Shown: piece after piece, positions 54,001 to 64,000 of the stretch
Position numbering within the stretch: the stretch's first letter is position 1
How the letters are laid out: every line of letters starts with the position of its first letter
From: Camelus dromedarius
Lineage: Eukaryota
Assembly: GCF_036321535.1 (NCBI RefSeq)
Contig: NC_087436.1
Coordinates: forward strand, 3,038,001-3,102,000
DNA: 64,000 bases
Direction: 5' to 3'
Position numbers and translations under genes: made by a program
Notes under the pieces: model-generated
What the model was told of the DNA's origin: nothing
What the model saw: only the letters and a program-made list of their open reading frames with translations
Database searches by the model: none

Positions 54001-54992
54001 AACTGAAAAGAAGCTTTGTGTTCCAAACAAGCTAGGTGAAGGACGGCTATCACACACACTTATCTCTCAGAATTGAGCATGTGGAGAGACGTTCGTTCAT
54101 CTTGCACAAAGGGAACAGTTTGCAGGAGAAACTTTTACTCTGGTTTCTCAGTCTGTTTCCTAGTACCGGTTTGTTGTTCCTGCCGTTTTCACTGTAAAAT
54201 CGAGTTGGAGCTAGTACCTCCCCATATATATGTATGGATTGGAGTTTGCAAATGAAAAGAAACTTTGTGTTCCCAAGAAGCTATGTGAATGACGGCATTC
54301 ACACACACTTATCTCTCAGAACTGAGCATGTGGAGAGACGTTCGTTCATCTAGCACAAAAGAACGGGTTGCAGGAGAAACATTTTCTCTGGTTTCTCAGT
54401 TTGTTTCCTAGTGCCGGTTTGAAGTTCCTGCAGTTTTCACTGTAAAACCGAGTTGGGGCTAGTACCTCCCCATATATATGTATGGAGTGGAGTTTGCAAC
54501 TGAAAAGAAGCTTTGTGTTCCAAACAAGCTACGTGAAGGACGGCTTTCACACACACTTATCTCTCAGAACTGAGCATGTGGAGAGACGATCGTTCATCTT
54601 GCACAAAAGGAACGGTTTGCAGGAGAAATTTTACTCTGCGTTCTCAGTCTTTTTCCTAGTACCGGTTTGTTGTTCCTGCAGTTTTCACTGTAAAACCGAT
54701 TTGGAGCTAGTACCTCCCCATATATATGTATGGAGTGGAGTTTGCAAATGAAAAGAAACTTTGTGTTCCCAAGAAGCTATGTGAAAGACGGCTTTCACAC
54801 ACACTTATCTCTCAGAACTGAGCATGTGGAGAGACGTTCATTCATCTAGCAGAAAGAGAAAGGTTTGCAGGAGAAACTTTTACTCTGGTTTCTCAGTCTA
54901 TTTCCAAGTCCCGGTTTGAAGTTCCTGCAGGTTTCACTGTAAAACCGATTTGGAGCTATTACCTCCCCATATATATGTATGGAGTGGAGATT
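39092..54992. repeat. Large tandem block duplication, copy B (15901 bp, 64 monomers)
   Basis: Collinear with 23934-39091, with scattered SNPs and five whole-monomer indels (+1, -1, +6, -2, -1; net +3). Confidence 0.95.
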
Positions 54993-57900
54993 GCAACTGA
55001 AAAGAAACTTTGTGTTCCCAACAAGCTAGTTGAAGGACGGCTTTCACACACAGTTAACTCTCAGAACTGAGCATGTGGAGAGACGTTCGTTCATCTAGCA
55101 CAAATGAAACGTGTTGCAGGGGAAACTTTTACTCTGGTTTCTCAGTCTGTTTCCTAGTACCGGTTTGTATTTCCTTTAGTTTTCACTGTAAAACCGATTT
55201 GGAGCTAGTACCTCCCCATATATAAGTATGGAGTGGGGTTTGCAACTGAAAAGAAACTTTGAGTTTCCAACAAGGTAGGTGAAGGACGGCTTTCACACAC
55301 AGTTAACTCTCAGAACTGAGCATGTGGAGAGACGTTCGTTCATCTAGCACAAAGGAAACGGGTTGCAGGGGAAAGTTTTACTCTGGATTCTCAGTCTGTT
55401 TCCTAGTGCCCGTTTGAAGTTCCTGTAGTTTTCACTGTAAAACCCTGTTGGAGATAGTACCTCCCATATATATATGTATGCAGTGGAGTTTGAAAGTGAA
55501 AAGAAACTTTGTGTTCCCAAGAAGCTAGGTGAAGGACGGCTTTCACACACAATTTTCTCTCAGAACTGAGCATGTGGAGAGACGTTCCCTCATCTAGCAC
55601 AAAGAGAACGGGTTGCAGGAGAAACTTTTCTCTGGTTTCTCAGTCTATTTCCTAGTGCCGGTTTGAAGTTCCTGCATGTTTCACTGTAAAACCGAGTTGG
55701 AGCTAGTACTTCCCCATATATATTTATGGAGTGGAGTTTGCAACTGAAAAGGAACTTTGTGTTCCCAACAAGCTAGGTTAAGAACGGCTTTCACACACAC
55801 ATATATCTCAGAACTGAGCATGTGGAGAGACTTTCGTTCATCTAGCACAAAGGGAACTGGTTGCAGGAGAAACTTTTACTCTGGTTTCTCAGTATGTTTC
55901 CTGTTGCCGCTTTGAAGTTCCTGCAGTTTTCACTGTAAAACCGAGTTGGAGCTGGTACATCCCCATAAATATGTATGGAGTGGAGTTTGCAACTATAAAG
56001 AAACTTTGTGTTCCCAACAAGCTAGGTGAAGTACGGCTTTCACACACAATTATCTCTCAGAACTGAGCATGTGGAGAGACGTCCGTTCATCTAGCACAAA
56101 GGGAACTGGTTGCAGGAGAAACTTTTACCCTGGTTTCTCAGTCTGTTTCCTAGTGCCGGTTTGAAGTTCCTGAAGATTTCACTGTAAAACCGAGTTGGAG
56201 CTTGTACCTCCCCATATATATGTATGGAGTGGAGATTGCAACTGAAGAAAAACTTTGTGTTCCCAAAAAGCTATGTGAAAGACGGCTTTCACACACAGTT
56301 TACTCTCAGATATGGGCATGTGGAGAGACGTTCGTTCATCTAGCACAAATGAAACTTGTTGCAGGGGAAACTTTTACTCTGGTTTCTCAGTCTGTTTCCT
56401 AGTACCGGTTTGATGTTCCTTTAGTTTTCACTGTAAAACCGAGTTGGTGCTAGTACCTCCCCATATATATGTATGGAGTGGAGTTTGCAACTGAAAAGAA
56501 ACTTTGTGTTCCCAACAAGCTAGGTGAAGGACGGCTTTCACACACACTTATCTCTCAGAACTGAGCATGTGGAGAGACGTTCGTTCATCTAGCACTAAGG
56601 AAACTGTTTGCAGTAGAAACTTTTACTCTGGGTTCTCATACTGTTTTCTAGTGCCGGTTTGAAGTTCCTGCAGTTTTCACTGTAAAACCGAGTTGGAGCT
56701 AGTACCTCCCCATATATATGTATGGAGTGGAGTTTGCAATTGAAGAGAAACTTTGTGTTCCCAACCAGCTATGTGAAGGACGGCTTTCACACACAGTTAA
56801 CTCTCAGAACTGAGCATGTGGAGAGACGTTCGTTCATCTAGCACAAAAGAAACCGTTTGCAGGAGAAATTTTTACTCTGGATTCTCAGTCTATTTCCTAG
56901 TGCCAGTTTGAAGTTCCTGCAGTTTTCACTGTAAAAACGAATTGGGGCTAGTACCTCCCCATATATATGTATGGAGTGGAGTTTGCAAATGAAAAGAAAC
57001 TTTGTGTTCCCAACAAGCAATGTGAAGGACGGCTTTCACACACAGTTAACTCTCAGAACTGAGCATGTGGAGACACGTTCGTTCATCTAGCACAAAGGAA
57101 TCGTTTTGCAGGGGAAACTTTTACTCTGGTTTCTCAGTCTGTTTCCTAGTACCGGTTTGAAGTTCCTTTAGTTTTCACTGTAAAACCGAGTTGGAGCTAG
57201 TACCTCCCCATATATATGTATGGAGTGGAGTTTGCAAATGAAAAGAAACTTTGTGTTCCCAAGAAGCTATGTGAAAGACGGCTTTCACACACACTTATCT
57301 CTCAGAACTGAGCATGTGGAGAGACGTTCATTCATCTAGCACAAAGAGAAAGGTTTGCAGGAGAAACTTTTACTCTGGTTTCTCAGTCTATTTCCAAGTG
57401 CCGGTTTGAAGTTCCTGCAGGTTTCACTGTAAAACCGATTTGGAGCTAGTACCTCCCCATATATATGTATGGAGTGGAGTTTGCAACTGAAAAGAAGCTT
57501 TGTGTTCCCAACAAGCTTGGTGAAGTACGGCTTTCACACACACTTATCTCTCAGAACTGAGCATGTGGAGAGACGTTCGTTCATCTAGAACAAAGGGAAC
57601 GGGTTGCAGGAGAAACTTTTACTCTGGTTTCTCATTCTGTTTCCTAGTGCCTGTTTGAAGTTCCTGCAGTTTTCATTGTAAAACCGTGTTGTAGCTAGAA
57701 CCTACCCATATATAAGTATGGAGTGGAGTTTGCAACTGAAATGAAACTTTGAGTTTCCAACAAACTAGGTGAAGGACGGCTTTCACACACAGTTAACTCT
57801 CAGAACTGAGCATGTGGGGAGACGTTCGTTCATCTAGCACAAAGGAAACGGGTTGCAGGGGAAAGTTTTACTCTGGATTCTTAGTCTGTTTCCTAGTGCC

Positions 57901-58056
57901 CGTTTGAAGTTCCTGTAGTTTTCACTGTAAAACCGAGTTGGAGATAGTAATTCCCATATATATATGTATGAAGTGGAGTTTGAAAGTGAAAAGAAACTTT
58001 GTGTTCCCAAGAAGCTAGGTGAAGGACGGCTTTCACACACACTTATCTCTCAGAAC
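54074..58056. repeat. 16-monomer tandem duplication, copy 1 (3983 bp)
   Basis: ORFs at 54482, 55344, 56202 and 56838 recur identically at +3983. Confidence 0.93.
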
Positions 58057-61000
58057 TGAGCATGTGGAGAGACGTTCGTTCATCTTGCACAAAGGGAACA
58101 GTTTGCAGGAGAAACTTTTACTCTGGTTTCTCAGTCTGTTTCCTAGTACCGGTTTGTTGTTCCTGCCGTTTTCACTGTAAAATCGAGTTGGAGCTAGTAA
58201 ATCCCCATATATATGTATGGATTGGAGTTTGCAAATGAAAAGAAACTTTGTGTTCCCAAGAAGCTATGTGAATGACGGCATTCACACACACTTATCTCTC
58301 AGAACTGAGCATGTGGAGAGACGTTCGTTCATCTAGCACAAAAGAACGGGTTGCAGGAGAAACATTTTCTCTGGTTTCTCAGTTTGTTTCCTAGTGCCGG
58401 TTTGAAGTTCCTGCAGTTTTCACTGTAAAACCGAGTTGGGGCTAGTACCTCCCCATATATATGTATGGAGTGGAGTTTGCAACTGAAAAGAAGCTTTGTG
58501 TTCCAAACAAGCTACGTGAAGGACGGCTTTCACACACACTTATCTCTCAGAACTGAGCATGTGGAGAGACGATCGTTCATCTTGCACAAAAGGAACGGTT
58601 TGCAGGAGAAATTTTACTCTGCGTTCTCAGTCTTTTTCCTAGTACCGGTTTGTTGTTCCTGCAGTTTTCACTGTAAAACCGATTTGGAGCTAGTACCTCC
58701 CCATATATATGTATGGAGTGGAGTTTGCAAATGAAAAGAAACTTTGTGTTCCCAAGAAGCTATGTGAAAGACGGCTTTCACACACACTTATCTCTCAGAA
58801 CTGAGCATGTGGAGAGACGTTCATTCATCTAGCAGAAAGAGAAAGGTTTGCAGGAGAAACTTTTACTCTGGTTTCTCAGTCTATTTCCAAGTCCCGGTTT
58901 GAAGTTCCTGCAGGTTTCACTGTAAAACCGATTTGGAGCTATTACCTCCCCATATATATGTATGGAGTGGAGATTGCAACTGAAAAGAAACTTTGTGTTC
59001 CCAACAAGCTAGTTGAAGGACGGCTTTCACACACAGTTAACTCTCAGAACTGAGCATGTGGAGAGACGTTCGTTCATCTAGCACAAATGAAACGTGTTGC
59101 AGGGGAAACTTTTACTCTGGTTTCTCAGTCTGTTTCCTAGTACCGGTTTGTATTTCCTTTAGTTTTCACTGTAAAACCGATTTGGAGCTAGTACCTCCCC
59201 ATATATAAGTATGGAGTGGGGTTTGCAACTGAAAAGAAACTTTGAGTTTCCAACAAGGTAGGTGAAGGACGGCTTTCACACACAGTTAACTCTCAGAACT
59301 GAGCATGTGGAGAGACGTTCGTTCATCTAGCACAAAGGAAACGGGTTGCAGGGGAAAGTTTTACTCTGGATTCTCAGTCTGTTTCCTAGTGCCCGTTTGA
59401 AGTTCCTGTAGTTTTCACTGTAAAACCCTGTTGGAGATAGTACCTCCCATATATATATGTATGCAGTGGAGTTTGAAAGTGAAAAGAAACTTTGTGTTCC
59501 CAAGAAGCTAGGTGAAGGACGGCTTTCACACACAATTTTCTCTCAGAACTGAGCATGTGGAGAGACGTTCTCTCATCTAGCACAAAGAGAACGGGTTGCA
59601 GGAGAAACTTTTCTCTGGTTTCTCAGTCTATTTCCTAGTGCCGGTTTGAAGTTCCTGCATGTTTCACTGTAAAACCGAGTTGGAGCTAGTACTTCCCCAT
59701 ATATATTTATGGAGTGGAGTTTGCAACTGAAAAGGAACTTTGTGTTCCCAACAAGCTAGGTTAAGAACGGCTTTCACACACACATATATCTCAGAACTGA
59801 GCATGTGGAGAGACTTTCGTTCATCTAGCACAAAGGGAACTGGTTGCAGGAGAAACTTTTACTCTGGTTTCTCAGTATGTTTCCTGTTGCCGCTTTGAAG
59901 TTCCTGCAGTTTTCACTGTAAAACCGAGTTGGAGCTGGTACATCCCCATAAATATGTATGGAGTGGAGTTTGCAACTATAAAGAAACTTTGTGTTCCCAA
60001 CAAGCTAGGTGAAGTACGGCTTTCACACACAATTATCTCTCAGAACTGAGCATGTGGAGAGACGTCCGTTCATCTAGCACAAAGGGAACTGGTTGCAGGA
60101 GAAACTTTTACCCTGGTTTCTCAGTCTGTTTCCTAGTGCCGGTTTGAAGTTCCTGAAGATTTCACTGTAAAACCGAGTTGGAGCTTGTACCTCCCCATAT
60201 ATATGTATGGAGTGGAGATTGCAACTGAAGAAAAACTTTGTGTTCCCAAAAAGCTATGTGAAAGACGGCTTTCACACACAGTTTACTCTCAGATATGGGC
60301 ATGTGGAGAGACGTTCGTTCATCTAGCACAAATGAAACTTGTTGCAGGGGAAACTTTTACTCTGGTTTCTCAGTCTGTTTCCTAGTACCGGTTTGATGTT
60401 CCTTTAGTTTTCACTGTAAAACCGAGTTGGTGCTAGTACCTCCCCATATATATGTATGGAGTGGAGTTTGCAACTGAAAAGAAACTTTGTGTTCCCAACA
60501 AGCTAGGTGAAGGACGGCTTTCACACACACTTATCTCTCAGAACTGAGCATGTGGAGAGACGTTCGTTCATCTAGCACTAAGGAAACTGTTTGCAGTAGA
60601 AACTTTTACTCTGGGTTCTCATACTGTTTTCTAGTGCCGGTTTGAAGTTCCTGCAGTTTTCACTGTAAAACCGAGTTGGAGCTAGTACCTCCCCATATAT
60701 ATGTATGGAGTGGAGTTTGCAATTGAAGAGAAACTTTGTGTTCCCAACCAGCTATGTGAAGGACGGCTTTCACACACAGTTAACTCTCAGAACTGAGCAT
60801 GTGGAGAGACGTTCGTTCATCTAGCACAAAAGAAACCGTTTGCAGGAGAAATTTTTACTCTGGATTCTCAGTCTATTTCCTAGTGCCAGTTTGAAGTTCC
60901 TGCAGTTTTCACTGTAAAAACGAATTGGGGCTAGTACCTCCCCATATATATGTATGGAGTGGAGTTTGCAAATGAAAAGAAACTTTGTGTTCCCAACAAG

Positions 61001-61292
61001 CAATGTGAAGGACGGCTTTCACACACAGTTAACTCTCAGAACTGAGCATGTGGGGAGACGTTCGTTCATCTAGCACAAAGGAAACGGGTTGCAGGGGAAA
61101 GTTTTACTCTGGATTCTTAGTCTGTTTCCTAGTGCCCGTTTGAAGTTCCTGTAGTTTTCACTGTAAAACCGAGTTGGAGATAGTAATTCCCATATATATA
61201 TGTATGAAGTGGAGTTTGAAAGTGAAAAGAAACTTTGTGTTCCCAAGAAGCTAGGTGAAGGACGGCTTTCACACACACTTATCTCTCAGAAC
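58057..61292. repeat. Copy 2 of the 16-mer, lacking 3 monomers (3236 bp, 13 monomers)
   Basis: The offset drops from 3983 to 3236 between ORF pairs 56838/60821 and 57834/61070; about 57071-57817 has no counterpart. Confidence 0.92.
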
Positions 61293-61303
61293 TGAGCATG
61301 TGG

Positions 61304-64000
61304 AGAGACGTTCGTTCATCTTGCAAAAAGGGAACGGTTTGCAGGAGAAATTTTACTCTGGTTTCTCAGTCTGTTTCCTAGTACCGGTTTGTTGTTCCTG
61401 CAGTTTTCACTGTAAAACCGAGTTGGAGCTAGTACCTCCCCATATATATGTATGGAGTGGAGTTTGCAAATGAAAAGAAACTTTTTGTTCCCAAGAAGCT
61501 TTGTGAAAGACGGCTTTCACACACACTTATCTCTCAGAACTGAGCATGTGGAGAGACGTTCATTCATCTAGCACAAAGAGAACGGGTTGCAGGGGAAACT
61601 TTTACTCTGGTTTCTCAGACTATTTCCTAGTGCGGGTTTGAAGTTCCTGCAGGTTTCACTGTAAAACCGAGTTGGAGCTAGTACCTCCCCATATATATGT
61701 ATGGAGTGGAGTTTGCAAATGAAAAGAAATTTGTTTTCCCAAGAAGCTATGTGAAAGACGGCCTTCACACACACTTATCTCTCAGAACTGAGCATGTGCA
61801 GAGACGTTCGTTCATCTAGCACAAAAGAACGGGTTGCAGGAGAAACTTTTTCTCTGGTTTCTCAGTCTGTTTCCTAGTGCCGGTTTGAAGTTCCTGCAGT
61901 TTTCACTGTAAAACCGAGTTGGAGATAGTACCTCCCCATATATATGTATGGAGTGGAGTTTGCAACTGAAAAGAAACTTTGTGTTCCAAACAAGCTAGGT
62001 GAAGGACGGCTTTCACACACAGTTAACTCTCAGAACTGAGCATGTGGAGAGACGCTCTTTCATCTAGCACAAAGGAAAATTGTTGCAGGTGATACTTTAA
62101 CTCTGGTTTCTCAGTCTGTTTCCTGTTGCCGTTTTGAAGTTCCTGCAGTTTTCACTGTAAAACAGAGTTGGAGCTAGTACCTCCCCATATATATGTAGGG
62201 AGTGGATTTGGCAAATGAAAAGAAACTTTGTATTCCAAACCAGCTAGTTGAAGGACGGCTTTCACACACACTAATATCTCAGAAATGAGCATGTGGAGAG
62301 ACGTTCGTTCATCTAGCACAAAGTATACGGGTTGCAGGAGAAACTTTTATTCTGGTTTCTCAGTCTGTTTCCTGTTGCCGTTTTGAAGTTCCTGTAGTTT
62401 TCACTGTAAAACAGAGTTGTAGCTAGTACCTCCCCATATATATGTATGGAGTGGTGTTTGCAACTGAATAGAAACTTTCTGTTCCCAACAATCTAGGTGA
62501 AATACGGCTTACACACACACTTATCTCTCAGAAATGGTCATGTGGAGAGACGTTCGTTCATCTAGCACAAAGGGAACGGGTTGCAGGGGAAACTTTTACT
62601 CTGGTTTCTCAGTCTGTTTCCTAGTGCCGGAGTGAAGTTCCTGCAGTTTTCACTGTAAAACCGAGTTGGAGCTAGAACCACCCCATATATATGTATGGAG
62701 TGGAGTTTGCAAGTGAAAAGAAACTTTGTGTTCCCAACATGCTAGGTGAAGGACGGCTTTCACACACACTTATCTCTCAGAACTGAGCATGTGGAGAGAC
62801 GTTCGTTCATCTAGCACAAAGAGAACGGGTTGCAACAGAAACTTTTACTCTGGTTTCTCAGTTTCCTAGTGCCGGTTTGAAGTTCCTGCAGTTTGCACTG
62901 CAAAACCGATTTGGAGCTATAACATCCCCATATATATGTATGGAGTGGAGTTTGCAAGTGAAAAGAAATTTTGTGTTCCCAACAAGCTAGGTGAAGGACG
63001 GCTTTCACACACACTTATCACTCATAACTGAGCAAGTGGAGAGACGTTCGTTCATCTTTCACAAATGGAACGGGTTGCAATAGAATCTTTTACTCTGGTT
63101 TCTCAGTCTGTTTCCTAGTGCCGGTTTAAAATTCCTGCAGTTTTCACTGTAAAACCGAGTTGGAGCTAGTACCTAACCATATATATGTATGGAGTGGTGT
63201 TTGCAAGTGAAAAGAATCTTTGTGTTCCCCACAAGCTAGGTGAAGGACGGCTTTCACACACACTTATCTCTGAGAACTGAGCATGTGTAGAGACGTTCGT
63301 TCATCTTGCAAAAAGGGAACGGTTTGCAGGAGAAATTTTACTCTGGTTTCTCAGTCTGTTTCCTAGTACCGGTTTGTTGTTCCTGCAGTTTTCACTGTAA
63401 AACCGAGTTGGAGCTAGTACCTCCCCATATATATGTATGGAGTGGAGTTTGCAAATGAAAAGAAACTTTTTGTTCCCAAGAAGCTTTGTGAAAGACGGCT
63501 TTCACACACACTTATCTCTCAGAACTGAGCATGTGGAGAGACGTTCATTCATCTAGCACAAAGAGAACGGGTTGCAGGGGAAACTTTTACTCTGGTTTCT
63601 CAGACTATTTCCTAGTGCCGGTTTGAAGTTCCTGCAGGTTTCACTGTAAAACCGAGTTGGAGCTAGTACCTCCCCATATATATGTATGGAGTGGAGTTTG
63701 CAAATGAAAAGAAATTTGTTTTCCCAAGAAGCTATGTGAAAGACGGCCTTCACACACACTTATCTCTCAGAACTGAGCATGTGCAGAGACGTTCGTTCAT
63801 CTAGCACAAAAGAACGGGTTGCAGGAGAAACTTTTTCTCTGGTTTCTAAGTCTGTTTCCTAGTGCCGGTTTGAAGTTCCTGCAGTTTTCACTGTAAAACC
63901 GAGTTGGAGATAGTACCTCCCCATATATATGTATGGAGTGGAGTTTGCAACTGAAAAGAAACTTTGTGTTCCAAACAAGCTAGGTGAAGGACGGCTTTCA
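61304..64000. repeat. 8-monomer tandem repeat (1985 bp); second copy starts at 63289 and is cut off by the window end
   Basis: Identical ORFs at 61568 and 63553 (offset 1985); 63289-64000 matches 61304-62015 except for SNPs near 61634/63619 and 61863/63848. Confidence 0.88.

Larger units (their letters stand above)
1..64000. repeat. Tandem satellite DNA array, 249-bp monomer, about 257 head-to-tail copies, running off both window ends
   Basis: The GAAGTTCCTGCAG landmark recurs at 247, 496 and 745 (249-bp period) and continues to the end. By-eye consensus: gtttgcaactgaaaagaaactttgtgttcccaacaagctaggtgaaggacggctttcacacacacttatctctcagaactgagcatgtggagagacgttcgttcatctagcacaaagggaacgggttgcaggagaaacttttactctggtttctcagtctgtttcctagtgccggtttgaagttcctgcagttttcactgtaaaaccgagttggagctagtacctccccatatatatgtatggagtgga. 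No non-satellite sequence or inversion was seen. Confidence 0.99.

Noticed and set aside
1170..63759. Dozens of 60-90 aa ORFs with recurring peptides (e.g. RFYSENCRNFKPALGNRL, EKKLCVPNKLGEGRLSHT)
   Set aside because: They are translations of the same monomer in several frames on both strands, opened and closed by random SNPs and indels. No frame is consistently preserved and I recognise no domain.
1..64000. CRISPR array or a repeat-spacer system
   Set aside because: There are no unique spacers: the full 249 bp repeats, and no cas or other genes are present.
1..64000. Tandem 5S rRNA, tRNA, snRNA or spliced-leader gene array (GTTCG motif, short hairpins)
   Set aside because: No cloverleaf or recognisable 5S/snRNA sequence. 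GACGTTCGTTC does not match the B-box GTTCRANNC, and variation is spread across the unit with no conserved gene part. An Rfam/cmscan hit would overturn this.
1..64000. Assignment to primate alpha satellite or another named family, or to the active centromere
   Set aside because: The unit is 249 bp rather than 171 bp, with only short word similarity (ttctcag, aaactttgtg). Naming needs a Dfam/Repbase/BLAST search, and function needs CENP-A data.
1..64000. Transposon insertion or inversion within the array
   Set aside because: Monomer phase and orientation appear continuous throughout; I saw no foreign sequence, target-site duplication or reverse-complement monomer.

Overview
The whole 64 kb window is one uninterrupted head-to-tail satellite DNA array of about 257 copies of a 249-bp monomer (about 45% GC by hand count of the consensus), all in one orientation. 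This is typical of eukaryotic (peri)centromeric heterochromatin; I cannot name the species or satellite family. I see no genes, RNA genes, transposon insertions or CRISPR arrays, and every ORF in the track is a chance reading frame of the repeat. The informative structure is higher-order. There are near-identical tandem block duplications of 19, 61/64, 16/13 and 8 monomers, with junctions mappable to 13-50 bp and an order that can partly be reconstructed. These sit on older degenerate 5- to 16-mer periodicities, with a change of monomer subfamily near 23 kb. The monomer looks like an ancient dimer of 124+125-bp halves, carries several short dyad symmetries, and has a mis-spaced CENP-B-box-like pair of half-sites. 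I found no evidence for a novel coding system. All alignments were done by eye.
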